Below, one piece after another: positions 1 to 9,080 of a DNA stretch of 64,000 nt. The stretch's first letter is position 1. Each line of letters begins with the position of its first letter. Location of the stretch: sequence record OR699282.2; one strand, given 5' to 3'. A program made the translations under genes and the position numbers. Below the pieces are notes generated by a model. That model was not told where the DNA came from. It saw only the letters and a program-made list of their open reading frames with translations, and did not search any database. This DNA is from Escherichia phage BAU.Micro_ELP-22.

Positions 1-226
1 ATAATTTAACCAGTATTGATATCAGTGAGTTGTACGCGTATTATCAAAGTGCATTAGAGATGCATAAGTTATTTTTGAGTACAGATTTTGTTCTAAATTA
101 CAATTTTGAGGAATTTAAAAATTATAATTTAGTACAGAAATATGTAGTAGCAAAGTACATGTACAATCAAGGAATCAAAGGTTGCATCGAATTCAATACC
201 GTTCTTGTTTTAGTTGAGGTAATTTT

Positions 227-733
227 ATGCACCGCATGTCTGATTTAGAGTTCAGTTTAGATGCAGCATTTAAATTTGTTCACAAAATAGAAACAATATA
301 CAGTACATTATGTGCAATAACATCAGTATCAAAAGAGCTTGATGTTGGTGAAAGGTATCAGGTGTGGAATAATTCATTTTTTAATAAAGAACATTCTTCG
401 ACGGCATTTTATATTTTAGCATTTAATCCCAGCAATTGTTACCCAGAGAAGCATGAACGTTATCCGAATGACGACATGTGGTTTGAGTACAAAGAAGATT
501 CTGATATGTCGTCAATTGTAGTTCCTGATGATTTTAATGCACAAGATTTAACAGAAGAGTGGTGGTTCCAGCAGAATTTAGTACATGATGATATTGATTT
601 ATTTTTCTATATTGCATTTAAAATGCTTTATCACAACAATATAGTTAAAGAAAGTGTATCGTTTTCATGTCTATATATTGATGATTTGTACAATGAAATT
701 CAAATAAACATGCCCAGAACGCCTGTATCGTAA
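227..733 (+). CDS. hypothetical protein, FQ-motif paralog family
   Basis: 168-aa ORF; C-terminal motif EEWWFQQNLVHDD fits family consensus [DE][DE]x[YF]FQxS-[LIV]-[YH]-D. Confidence 0.6.
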   Translation: MHRMSDLEFSLDAAFKFVHKIETIYSTLCAITSVSKELDVGERYQVWNNSFFNKEHSSTAFYILAFNPSNCYPEKHERYPNDDMWFEYKEDSDMSSIVVPDDFNAQDLTEEWWFQQNLVHDDIDLFFYIAFKMLYHNNIVKESVSFSCLYIDDLYNEIQINMPRTPVS

Positions 734-785
734 GATATGGGCTTTTTTCGTTTTGGTATTGACATAGAAGACCAAAGCTGTTATC

Positions 786-1328
786 ATGTGTATTCATTTT
801 AAAGGAGAACATATAGTGAGTTTCATAATCCCAAGTACATACGAAGATGCATCAAGTGCAGTTCATAAGATTCATTATATTTTTAATTTAATTATTAGAT
901 CTGCAAAAATTAAAATGTATGCACCTCTTGTGACAAATAATCGAAATGAAGAAATTTTTATTAGCACAGACAAAATTATTTTTCCATATTTCAATGAAGA
1001 TAGATTGTGGTTCATACATTTAGCTGCATTACAAAAATATAAGATGTCAATTCGTAATAATTTGGTTATACCGTTATATCATCCCGATATTGGAGAGGAT
1101 GAGTATTTTCAGTACAGCACAGTACACCGCCATGAAGATATCTTTGCTGCTATGCTTATTGCTAAATTGAACACCGTTGATTTGGAGCAGTACAAATACA
1201 ATAATAAATCATGTAAGATCATAATCCCTGCATTCATAGCTCTTTATGATTATGTGGTGCATAACAAAAAAGATGATACATATGCTTTCAATGAAGAGTA
1301 TTTGAATTTTTTTAAGGAGAAAATATGA
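786..1328 (+). CDS. hypothetical protein, FQ-motif paralog family
   Basis: 180-aa ORF; motif GEDEYFQYSTVHRHED. Confidence 0.6.
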   Translation: MCIHFKGEHIVSFIIPSTYEDASSAVHKIHYIFNLIIRSAKIKMYAPLVTNNRNEEIFISTDKIIFPYFNEDRLWFIHLAALQKYKMSIRNNLVIPLYHPDIGEDEYFQYSTVHRHEDIFAAMLIAKLNTVDLEQYKYNNKSCKIIIPAFIALYDYVVHNKKDDTYAFNEEYLNFFKEKI

Positions 1329-1864
1329 GCAGTACAACAGTATCAAAAGTACAGAAAGCAATGTCATTCAATGAAATTGGTACATTTAAAGATAAGATCA
1401 TTGATTGCCTTGAATACATGATTTGTAGTAATATCGAAAGTATCGAGATATTTAACAAGACAAATCGCTCTTACCATATGATGTACATTGCAAACAATAA
1501 TGGTATCATTCCATTTATTTCGGATAGTACAATATGGTACGCATGTGATACGAAAAAATACACAGCAGGTTCGTATAGCTTAGGGTCACATACGGAATTG
1601 ATTATTCCTGAGCATTGTATGCAAGAAGAAGAATATTTTCAAATGCAATGTATACATTCACCATTAGTGTTGTTTAGTTTATATATTATACCTTATATCA
1701 CCAAATGTGTTCATGAGAATAAAGCTCCGTGGAATCATGAATTTGTATCGTTGAAGTTATTGTATAATGTATTAGTAGAATATTATGATTACAGGCACAA
1801 TGGTACAATCAGTGATGTATGGGAATTTGAATCGCTAAGGGTGAAAACATACACAGGTGAATGA
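1325..1864 (+). CDS. hypothetical protein, FQ-motif paralog family
   Basis: 179-aa ORF, ATGA start/stop overlap with upstream gene; motif QEEEYFQMQCIH. Confidence 0.6.
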   Translation: MSSTTVSKVQKAMSFNEIGTFKDKIIDCLEYMICSNIESIEIFNKTNRSYHMMYIANNNGIIPFISDSTIWYACDTKKYTAGSYSLGSHTELIIPEHCMQEEEYFQMQCIHSPLVLFSLYIIPYITKCVHENKAPWNHEFVSLKLLYNVLVEYYDYRHNGTISDVWEFESLRVKTYTGE

Positions 1865-2480
1865 TATGACCAGAATTAAAATGTATGATTTGATGCAGTA
1901 CAGTAAAATTGCCATTCCAGTGCTTAATAAAGTGCTGGATGCATTCATTGCCAAATACCCTGAGAATTCAGTGTTATGTATTCCATTTAGTGTTCCAGAT
2001 AAAGATGATATATTCCAAGTGAATGTCAGTACACGTGGTATTACATTACAGCAGAAATACATGGATACGGAATATTATGGAATAAAGTTGGATTCAGTAC
2101 AGGGTTCAAAATCAGCCTATGATTTTTTTGTTCCTAATAATATAGAGTCATGGGAAACAAACATTTCAAAGAAAGATGAAAATGATGTTCCTATTAGTGG
2201 TGTGTTCAACAATAAAGTTTTTTATTATTACGAAACCGACAAATTCCCTGAAGAGTTATATTACAATTCAGAAATGAATGAAGATGTAGATGCATTCATG
2301 TTTCAATTATCTTTAGTACATGATATCATTGATGTTCAAGAGTTAAGAGCAGAAATCAATTTAGCTAAAGAGTTATCGGACATGCTGCCACCGTTTAGTA
2401 TGCTTTTTTGTGAAGGTGGTTATTTTTCAAAAGAAGTGTTTGAACATTTCGTAGATGTTGTAAAAGGGTTGGATATATAG
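1857..2480 (+). CDS. hypothetical protein, FQ-motif paralog family
   Basis: 207-aa ORF; motif DAFMFQLSLVHDIID. Confidence 0.6.
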   Translation: MNDMTRIKMYDLMQYSKIAIPVLNKVLDAFIAKYPENSVLCIPFSVPDKDDIFQVNVSTRGITLQQKYMDTEYYGIKLDSVQGSKSAYDFFVPNNIESWETNISKKDENDVPISGVFNNKVFYYYETDKFPEELYYNSEMNEDVDAFMFQLSLVHDIIDVQELRAEINLAKELSDMLPPFSMLFCEGGYFSKEVFEHFVDVVKGLDI

Positions 2481-2481
2481 T

Positions 2482-2676
2482 ATGCTTACAGTTGATGTTA
2501 AACAAAAATACCGTAAGTTTGATTGGTTCACCGACAGTTTCCAGCTTGAATTATTACATTTGAATATCTGTGAAACATTATGTGCAGAAACACAAGATGA
2601 ATTTGATGATAGAGTGATGAACATAGTAATGCTTTCTTGCTTTAAACATTTTGGTTATTTTTTCGGACAGAATTGA
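2482..2676 (+). CDS. small hypothetical protein
   Basis: 64-aa ORF filling the gap between neighbouring genes, same strand. Confidence 0.35.
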   Translation: MLTVDVKQKYRKFDWFTDSFQLELLHLNICETLCAETQDEFDDRVMNIVMLSCFKHFGYFFGQN

Positions 2677-2684
2677 GGTAAAAA

Positions 2685-3203
2685 ATGCATCAACACAAGC
2701 ATCATTCATATGATTTTGCAATTAACATTATGAAGTTCATTCGAGCGTTGGAGGATGGGAAGCTTAGTCATAAGTACAGAAAAGAGGGTAACAATTGGTT
2801 CAGAAATGATGATGATGAGTTCAGAAGTCATAAGATTGTTTACAGCAATAATTACAGTGCCAATTACCTACAAGATGTAGTGATGTGTTTTGAATACGTG
2901 TTGCAGTTCAGGGGTTCAATCCAGGATGAGTTGATGGAGCACATGTACATCAGATACCTTCCAATGCTCAAAGATGAAAATGTATTATTAAATTCAATAT
3001 ACCAACGAGTTCGTGAAATTGAGTGCAGGGATATATTAGATACAGAAGAATCGTATTTCCAGCAATCCCTGATTTATGCACCTGATTTATTACAGGTACA
3101 TAATTTGTTTAATACATTACGTCAAAACATCAGTACAGACATATTTTTGTCATTATCGGATTATGATACATTTGTCAAAGATTTAGAGGAAATAGGTTTA
3201 TGA
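2685..3203 (+). CDS. hypothetical protein, FQ-motif paralog family
   Basis: 172-aa ORF; motif TEESYFQQSLIYAPD. Confidence 0.65.
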   Translation: MHQHKHHSYDFAINIMKFIRALEDGKLSHKYRKEGNNWFRNDDDEFRSHKIVYSNNYSANYLQDVVMCFEYVLQFRGSIQDELMEHMYIRYLPMLKDENVLLNSIYQRVREIECRDILDTEESYFQQSLIYAPDLLQVHNLFNTLRQNISTDIFLSLSDYDTFVKDLEEIGL

Positions 3204-3544
3204 GTCAATTTTCGGTTTATATAGTAAACGTCAGTAAAGATGGTAGTTTAATTGAATTTGATGTAGTTGATAACAATGATAATTCATATGGTATTAAGGT
3301 ACAGGACAATGATGTACAGTTCAGTACAAGGACAAATTTTGAGAATCCAGTCCAAGTTCCGAATTTCATAGAAGATGAAGCTGCACGATTCCAATACGAA
3401 ACGGCATATGACAATGTACATATGCATATTATTATGCAAACGAGTTTAGTTCAATTAGTTCCTTTGTTCAGACAAAATATATATGTACATGAAGTGTCGA
3501 TTAATGGCATTCAAAGTTCCGTTTTGTTCGGTACAAATATGTAA
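3200..3544 (+). CDS. hypothetical protein, degenerate FQ-motif
   Basis: 114-aa ORF; weak motif EAARFQYETAYDN. Confidence 0.5.
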   Translation: MSQFSVYIVNVSKDGSLIEFDVVDNNDNSYGIKVQDNDVQFSTRTNFENPVQVPNFIEDEAARFQYETAYDNVHMHIIMQTSLVQLVPLFRQNIYVHEVSINGIQSSVLFGTNM

Positions 3545-3554
3545 GGAAAGTACA

Positions 3555-4106
3555 ATGAGTTCAATGAGTTTATTAGATACATTAGAAAAAGACAGAAGTG
3601 CAATTAAGCGTTTAAAAGAGCAAGTACAAAAGATTGTATACAACGTTGATAAGTTTGAAGTCCCAGGAAGATTTGGTGATATTTCCCATACGGAGATCAA
3701 ATCCCTTAAGTCAGATTTGTTGATTAAAAATAAAAATGGGTTGATTTTAGTTTTGAGTTCAGATATGATGGGGGCAACACATAGTTATAATGCAGTATCG
3801 GTGCGTTCAGAGTGTGAAGGTATATATCTATCACAGGGTTTCAATAGCGAGACACAGGTTTGTTTTTGTGATGCAGTACATGACCCTATGAAGTTCACGA
3901 GAAGTGAAGCCCAAGCGTTATTAGAGCTATCAGACGAGAGTTTGTTTCAGTACAGTACAATGTATGACAATGATAAGCTTCGTTGTATGTACGCTGTAAA
4001 GCATTATACACAGGAGTTTTCTGGATTTGCATACCTTTTAGTTAGAACCAATACCAGATATATTGATATGTTAGAAGATTACATCGATAAAGTTGTTAAT
4101 GTATGA
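3555..4106 (+). CDS. hypothetical protein, FQ-motif paralog family
   Basis: ORF track start 3483 overlaps upstream gene; internal ATG 3555 preceded by AAGGAAAG chosen; motif SDESLFQYSTMYDND. Confidence 0.6.
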   Translation: MSSMSLLDTLEKDRSAIKRLKEQVQKIVYNVDKFEVPGRFGDISHTEIKSLKSDLLIKNKNGLILVLSSDMMGATHSYNAVSVRSECEGIYLSQGFNSETQVCFCDAVHDPMKFTRSEAQALLELSDESLFQYSTMYDNDKLRCMYAVKHYTQEFSGFAYLLVRTNTRYIDMLEDYIDKVVNV

Positions 4107-4296
4107 TGTATTATTATGGGATGGGATAATGCTGATGAAAGAGTTATTTGAAGATCAGTTCAATACATATGTGGATAATATTCTTTATTCCAGCCGTGCT
4201 AGTCAACGAGGAAATCGTGCTTACAATATAGATTACCTATTAGTGGTGCTGAGTTCACAGTACACCTACGCTGTACAGAGGACATATTATGAATAA
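4093..4296 (+). CDS. small hypothetical protein
   Basis: 67-aa ORF, overlapping start/stop chain with neighbours. Confidence 0.35.
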   Translation: MLMYDVLLWDGIMLMKELFEDQFNTYVDNILYSSRASQRGNRAYNIDYLLVVLSSQYTYAVQRTYYE

Positions 4297-4492
4297 TTTT
4301 AGAGATGTTGCTAAGGAGAAGTTCAAGTGCAGTTTAGATTACGGTTTAAATGATTTTCTTACATGCACAATGTACAGGAATGATGATTATGAGCAATCCG
4401 TAATTTCGTTGCACAGATATTTCGAAATAATTTACGCAAGATATCTTAGAAGGTTAGATGGGATAGGGGATTGGAATTATGATTACGTTTGA
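4289..4492 (+). CDS. small hypothetical protein
   Basis: 67-aa ORF in tandem chain. Confidence 0.35.
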   Translation: MNNFRDVAKEKFKCSLDYGLNDFLTCTMYRNDDYEQSVISLHRYFEIIYARYLRRLDGIGDWNYDYV

Positions 4493-4688
4493 AGAGCCGG
4501 AAGTGTTAAGTTCGCATAGTATTAAGGGTTTTGAATACATGATGGATTTGATTTTGAAGGATACATATTTGGTTCAGAGTGTAGATAATACGGTACACCG
4601 AGTATTGAATTTATACGAGATGACGAGTCGAAGGCTTTGTGCGATGAAAAGGATTGAAGAAATCAAGCTTTCTAGGCTGAATAAATAG
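4479..4688 (+). CDS. small hypothetical protein
   Basis: 69-aa ORF in tandem chain. Confidence 0.35.
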   Translation: MITFEEPEVLSSHSIKGFEYMMDLILKDTYLVQSVDNTVHRVLNLYEMTSRRLCAMKRIEEIKLSRLNK

Positions 4689-4884
4689 AGACGTTTCATT
4701 TTTACAGGCCGCAGGGGGTCAAAAAAATTTCCGCTGAAAAACATGCTAAGGTATATGTTTAATATAAAGTTTTATATTGTGTTTTTCAGAGTACAGTCCA
4801 TGTTTCCTGAAACAAAAAATACCCCGCCCCCGCAACGTGCTCCTTATATTGGAGTTTACCTTATTAATTATAGTAGAGATTAAG

Positions 4885-5262
4885 ATGGAAATAAAATATA
4901 ATGAATTTTGTGCAAGGACATGGATGTACACTGGTGAGTTAGTTACGCACTCTAACTTATACAAGGGTGATTTAAACTACGCTAGGGACAAGATTTTAAA
5001 GTACTGGAATGCTGACTTTTATTTGATGGATTTTAGTACTGGGTTTCATGGGATATCTATCGAGATGCCGGACTATACAGTACTTGATGATGCTGCACTG
5101 TTCCAGGAGGCATTAGTATTTGATAAGAAGTACATCTGTACATTAGAAGAGATGATTGAATTACAGCGTAGAATTAAATGTATTCACAGGGAATGTATAG
5201 ATATCTGGTGCAGTACTGGTGAGGCCGATTTCTGGAAATTTTTTAATCTAGGAGAAGAGTGA
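4885..5262 (+). CDS. hypothetical protein, FQ-motif family (LFQEALVFDKKY subgroup)
   Basis: In-frame ATG 4885 (MEIKYNEF) after a non-coding stretch; motif DDAALFQEALVFDKKYICTLEEMIELQ. Confidence 0.6.
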   Translation: MEIKYNEFCARTWMYTGELVTHSNLYKGDLNYARDKILKYWNADFYLMDFSTGFHGISIEMPDYTVLDDAALFQEALVFDKKYICTLEEMIELQRRIKCIHRECIDIWCSTGEADFWKFFNLGEE

Positions 5263-5618
5263 TGGAATTTGATTTTTTAATATCAGTACATACTTTCAAG
5301 CACAGTTATCAGTACTTTTGTAATTTAAACAAAGGTGATTTAATGCACAGTGCGAATGAGTATGTTCATTACACTCAGGGTAAATTTACATTCATTGATT
5401 ACAGTTCATTACAGTATCCACACCAAGATATGCCGGACTATACATTAATGGATACCGCAGAACTATTCCAAGAATCATTAGTATTTGATAAGAAGTACTT
5501 GTGTACATTTGAAGAAGTTATTGCAATACAAAATGAAATGAAAGAGTATGCTGCTTTGCATAAACCCAATGCAAGTATTAATCAAGAATACAAATTCAAT
5601 TTAGGAATTCAAGAATGA
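5259..5618 (+). CDS. hypothetical protein, FQ-motif family (LFQESLVFDKKY subgroup)
   Basis: 119-aa ORF; motif DTAELFQESLVFDKKYLCTFEEVIAIQNEMK; close paralog of the 4885 and 5615 genes. Confidence 0.7.
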   Translation: MMEFDFLISVHTFKHSYQYFCNLNKGDLMHSANEYVHYTQGKFTFIDYSSLQYPHQDMPDYTLMDTAELFQESLVFDKKYLCTFEEVIAIQNEMKEYAALHKPNASINQEYKFNLGIQE

Positions 5619-5974
5619 CATATGATTATTCTATGTACTATTATAAGTTACCTAAAGGATGGGACTTGTGCTGTAATCTTATTAAGGGCGACTCGGAACA
5701 TGAGTTGAGTTTATATATGCATTACAAAGATTCTTGTTTTAAATTTATTCATGTATCACATGACGACTATGACTATGAATCTGAGAGTCTTATAGATTAT
5801 ACAGTACTGGACGATGGCGAACTATTTCAGGCTGCATTAGTGTTTGATAAGAATAAGTACTCCTGTACATTTGAAGAAATGGTTTCTTTGCAAAATGAAA
5901 TGAAGAGATTTGAAAAAGAAAACGTATTTAATCCATCCCCATCAAGAACGAATAATTATTATTTCAATATATGA
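5615..5974 (+). CDS. hypothetical protein, FQ-motif family (LFQxALVFDK subgroup)
   Basis: 119-aa ORF; motif DDGELFQAALVFDKNKYSCTFEEMVSLQNEMK. Confidence 0.7.
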   Translation: MTYDYSMYYYKLPKGWDLCCNLIKGDSEHELSLYMHYKDSCFKFIHVSHDDYDYESESLIDYTVLDDGELFQAALVFDKNKYSCTFEEMVSLQNEMKRFEKENVFNPSPSRTNNYYFNI

Positions 5975-5983
5975 GATTATAAA

Positions 5984-6475
5984 ATGACATTACAGAGTTC
6001 ATTGGAAAAAGCAAAGAAGATTCATGAGTACATGAATATGGCAAAAGAAGGTTCAGTTTACGGTGTTTTCAAAGACACAAGTACTCAATATTATGTACCG
6101 GATAACCTCCTTTATAATGACTGCTCAGATACAGAAACGTGCGTACTGGATACAGAAACGTGCATACTAGATACCGACCCTAATGATTATGAATGCTTCA
6201 TTAATATGCATAATGAGTACATGGTCTATATTAATGATACAGATACCATCAACAGTACTGACAGCGATTCCAATGACATTATAATTCCGAGTGAAGTACT
6301 GGAAGGTCCGTGGGATAGTGAAGAGTATTACTTCCAACAAAGTACTGTATATGATAATGAAGTACTTGATGTTATTATAATTATGTGGTACTTTAAAAGT
6401 ATTGGTTCTGGGAACTTCTATTTCGATTACAAATACGTAAAGAAAACTGTAGATAACGGTATTAACAGGGGTTGA
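5984..6475 (+). CDS. hypothetical protein, FQ-motif family (EEYYFQ/WYFK subgroup)
   Basis: 163-aa ORF; N-term MTLQSSLEKAKKIHEYM; C-term VLEGPWDSEEYYFQQSTVYDNEVLDVIIIMWYFKSIG; contains in-frame 21-bp tandem repeat. Confidence 0.75.
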   Translation: MTLQSSLEKAKKIHEYMNMAKEGSVYGVFKDTSTQYYVPDNLLYNDCSDTETCVLDTETCILDTDPNDYECFINMHNEYMVYINDTDTINSTDSDSNDIIIPSEVLEGPWDSEEYYFQQSTVYDNEVLDVIIIMWYFKSIGSGNFYFDYKYVKKTVDNGINRG

Positions 6476-6476
6476 A

Positions 6477-6947
6477 ATGAGTTTAGAAAGAGCATTAGAG
6501 ATTGCGAAGTTAATTGATTTATGCAGCAAAGAAATTGTAGCAAATTGTCTTAATGGATATCTATTCAAGGAAGGTAAATCTTATTGTCGAATGAGATACG
6601 ATGACAGTAGTGAGTACATTCACATGTATGAAGAAAACTTAGATTCTTCTGAAACAACACTCAATGGGTGTGATGTTAATTTGGAAGATAATTACATGTA
6701 CTTCTGTCGTGATGCTGATATTTTAATACAAGATTCTGACATTATATCTGGTGCAGCAGAGAAACATCTTCCGTATTCAGTACTGGATAATGACTGGGGA
6801 AGTGAAGAGTTCTACTTCCAGCAGAATACTATCTACGAGGAATATGTGCTTGACAAGCTTGTCATTCTGTGGTACTTTAATAATACCGATTGTCCTAGCT
6901 TCTATCTGGACTTGGATCTACTACGAGTTATTAAAGAGGATATATGA
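6477..6947 (+). CDS. hypothetical protein, FQ-motif family (EEYYFQ/WYF subgroup)
   Basis: 156-aa ORF; motif DNDWGSEEFYFQQNTIYEEYVLDKLVILWYF. Confidence 0.75.
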   Translation: MSLERALEIAKLIDLCSKEIVANCLNGYLFKEGKSYCRMRYDDSSEYIHMYEENLDSSETTLNGCDVNLEDNYMYFCRDADILIQDSDIISGAAEKHLPYSVLDNDWGSEEFYFQQNTIYEEYVLDKLVILWYFNNTDCPSFYLDLDLLRVIKEDI

Positions 6948-7384
6948 GTTTAGCAAGTGCACTTAAACTGGCACACAAAATACATCACTTCCACGATAAC
7001 ATAAAAAGTGGTTTCTATGGTGATAAAGTAAGTGCATTTGGTAATGAGTATTATCTATCAGGTATAAAGACATACTCTGATGATATTTTACTTATGGGCC
7101 ATGATAAAGACAATACTATACAGTACTCTTCATGTAGTCAATATACTAGTTTCTTTGTATATATTCCAGGTACTAAGATTACTTTTGACACATCAAATAC
7201 ACCTGTTGACTTCGGGGTACTTGATGGGCCGTGGGGTACTGAAGAGTATTACTTCCAACAGAGTCTTATTTTTAACCAAGAAATGCTTGATTCCTTGGTT
7301 GTTTTGTGGTACTTTAAGGAATTGAATTTTGAACCCTTCTTCCTTGACTGGGGAGCATGTGAATATTTAAGTACAGGGGATTAG
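6944..7384 (+). CDS. hypothetical protein, FQ-motif family (EEYYFQ/WYFK subgroup)
   Basis: 146-aa ORF; motif LDGPWGTEEYYFQQSLIFNQEMLDSLVVLWYFK. Confidence 0.75.
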   Translation: MSLASALKLAHKIHHFHDNIKSGFYGDKVSAFGNEYYLSGIKTYSDDILLMGHDKDNTIQYSSCSQYTSFFVYIPGTKITFDTSNTPVDFGVLDGPWGTEEYYFQQSLIFNQEMLDSLVVLWYFKELNFEPFFLDWGACEYLSTGD

Positions 7385-7386
7385 TA

Positions 7387-7878
7387 ATGTCATTAGAAAG
7401 TGCATTGAAAGAAGCAAAGAAGATTCATGAGTACATGATTATGGTACAAGAAGGTTCAGTGCCTGGTGTGTATAAAACATCTGATACTGAATTTTTTGTA
7501 AAAGACCGCGACGATTATGATGAGTCAGAGATACATGCAGAAACGTTAGTACTACACACTGATACGGGTGATACTGATGACTGTGAATATCATATGTACA
7601 ATCAGTACATTAGTTATTGTAGAGATGAAGATATTATAATTTACAGCCCTGATTACGATGATTATGACACAATCATTCCGTATTCAGTACTAGAAGGTCC
7701 GTGGGATAGTGAAGAATATTACTTCCAGAATAGTACGTTGTACAATGAAGAAGAATTAGATGTTATTGTAATTATGTGGTACTTTAAAAGTATTGGTTCT
7801 GATAGTTTCTATTTCGATTATGAATACGTAGAGAATACTGTAGGGGAAGATAATGTCATTACAAAGTGCTCTGGATAA
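7387..7878 (+). CDS. hypothetical protein, FQ-motif family (EEYYFQ/WYFK subgroup)
   Basis: 163-aa ORF; N-term MSLESALKEAKKIHEYM; motif LEGPWDSEEYYFQNSTLYNEEELDVIVIMWYFKSIG; about 100 nt near-identical to 6295-6410. Confidence 0.75.
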   Translation: MSLESALKEAKKIHEYMIMVQEGSVPGVYKTSDTEFFVKDRDDYDESEIHAETLVLHTDTGDTDDCEYHMYNQYISYCRDEDIIIYSPDYDDYDTIIPYSVLEGPWDSEEYYFQNSTLYNEEELDVIVIMWYFKSIGSDSFYFDYEYVENTVGEDNVITKCSG

Positions 7879-8296
7879 AGCAAAAGAACTACAGGTATAT
7901 ATTGAAGATATCAAGGCTGGGAAGTTCGAAGAAGTATACAAAGCCGAGAATGGTAACTACTACAAGGATAGTGATTTTGCTACAACTACAGTTATTCTTG
8001 GGTTGAATTCCAAAAGTCCCGCAGATTTTTCACAATACAATCCAGATGCAGAATTTATCAGTTATGCTTATGGTGGTGAAATCCGTTTTTATAATCGCAG
8101 CAGACCTTTAAAATTGAACTTTGAAGTACTGAAAGGTCCGTGGGATAGTGAAGAGTATTACTTTCAGAATAGTACTTTGTATGATGATGAAGTACTAGAT
8201 ACTTTAGTTATTATGTGGTACTTTAAAAGTATTGATAGTACAAGGTTTTATTTGGATTATGAATATGTACGTGCCGAACATAAGGGTAAACGATGA
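7853..8296 (+). CDS. hypothetical protein, FQ-motif family (EEYYFQ/WYFK subgroup)
   Basis: 147-aa ORF; N-term MSLQSALDKAKELQ; motif LKGPWDSEEYYFQNSTLYDDEVLDTLVIMWYFKSID. Confidence 0.7.
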   Translation: MSLQSALDKAKELQVYIEDIKAGKFEEVYKAENGNYYKDSDFATTTVILGLNSKSPADFSQYNPDAEFISYAYGGEIRFYNRSRPLKLNFEVLKGPWDSEEYYFQNSTLYDDEVLDTLVIMWYFKSIDSTRFYLDYEYVRAEHKGKR

Positions 8297-8607
8297 AATT
8301 ATTATACAGTATTCAGTACATTCCAGGTACAATTAGTTTAATGTATTTCTTCGATCATGATAATTTCCAGCACCTTGCCGTTAGAAGATGTAATGAATCT
8401 TTAATGATTGAATATCTTCACGATTGTGATTATCTTCCTGACTTCCTTGAATGTGATTACAGAGATGATCATGAATCATTTATTTTTCAGGAATCACTTG
8501 TATGGGATAAGAGAATTAATTTTTATGCTTTACTTGAGATACAAAAACATGTGAAGTACTACTGGGATTACTTAATTACCCAAAAATATATAGAGATTGA
8601 AATATAA
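8293..8607 (+). CDS. hypothetical protein, FQ-motif family
   Basis: 104-aa ORF; motif DHESFIFQESLVWDKRINF. Confidence 0.65.
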   Translation: MKLLYSIQYIPGTISLMYFFDHDNFQHLAVRRCNESLMIEYLHDCDYLPDFLECDYRDDHESFIFQESLVWDKRINFYALLEIQKHVKYYWDYLITQKYIEIEI

Positions 8608-9080
8608 TGTACGAAAGTGATCTTAAGCACGCTGAGGAATTAGTTAATATAGTAAAGTTCTTTCAAAATAATGTAAAGTACTTAGACGACAAAGGGGCAT
8701 ATATTAGTACTATAAGTGTTGGTACAGATATTCTAGGATTAGGTAATGAATATAAGTACGAGTCCCATGATTATGATTTGGAATTCAAGTACTTCGAATG
8801 GAATCCTGGAACTTTCTATTCAATCGATGAAAGTGGGAAATATTTTGAATTCACCGAAGAAGACGTACTATTCTTAAATTCAGAAGATGCTTACTTCCAG
8901 TACAGTACTATATACCCAAATAGTGCATTAAGATCTTTAGTAGTTTTTAATGCATTTCTGAAAGAGAACTTTAATAATTCTATATTCATTGATTTAAATT
9001 ATGTATATGAACTAAATCAGGTGATATATATGGAGTCCAGAAAAAATGAGTTACGAAAGTGCAATCAAGAAAGCAAATGA
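8607..9080 (+). CDS. hypothetical protein, FQ-motif family
   Basis: 157-aa ORF; motif SEDAYFQYSTIYPNSALRSLVVF; N-term IVKFFQNN shared with next gene. Confidence 0.65.
   Translation: MYESDLKHAEELVNIVKFFQNNVKYLDDKGAYISTISVGTDILGLGNEYKYESHDYDLEFKYFEWNPGTFYSIDESGKYFEFTEEDVLFLNSEDAYFQYSTIYPNSALRSLVVFNAFLKENFNNSIFIDLNYVYELNQVIYMESRKNELRKCNQESK

Noticed and set aside
759-787. TTGACA-17-TATCAT promoter-like element
   Set aside because: The -10 hexamer overlaps the ATG of the 786 ORF, so it cannot drive that gene as drawn; either the ORF start or the promoter is wrong, and I could not resolve which.
1835-2062. Short minus-strand ORFs embedded antisense within + strand genes (e.g. 1835-2062, 2427-2624, 6167-6568, 17432-17689, 39061-39414, 45337-45618, 46787-47113, 47203-47613, 49289-49591, 57303-57569)
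   Set aside because: They lie entirely inside longer, motif-supported + strand genes, lack RBS context, and have the skewed composition expected of antisense frames in AT-rich DNA.
6751-6966. Alternative-frame + strand ORFs overlapping longer genes (6751-6966, 7080-7325, 12900-13106, 17377-17565, 20180-20368, 24976-25194, 26033-26224, 35764-36033, 38741-38944, 38972-39226, 46948-47139, 47813-48031, 61488-61718, 63149-63331)
   Set aside because: Each is nested in a different frame of a longer ORF that carries recognisable motifs or a good RBS; no independent support.
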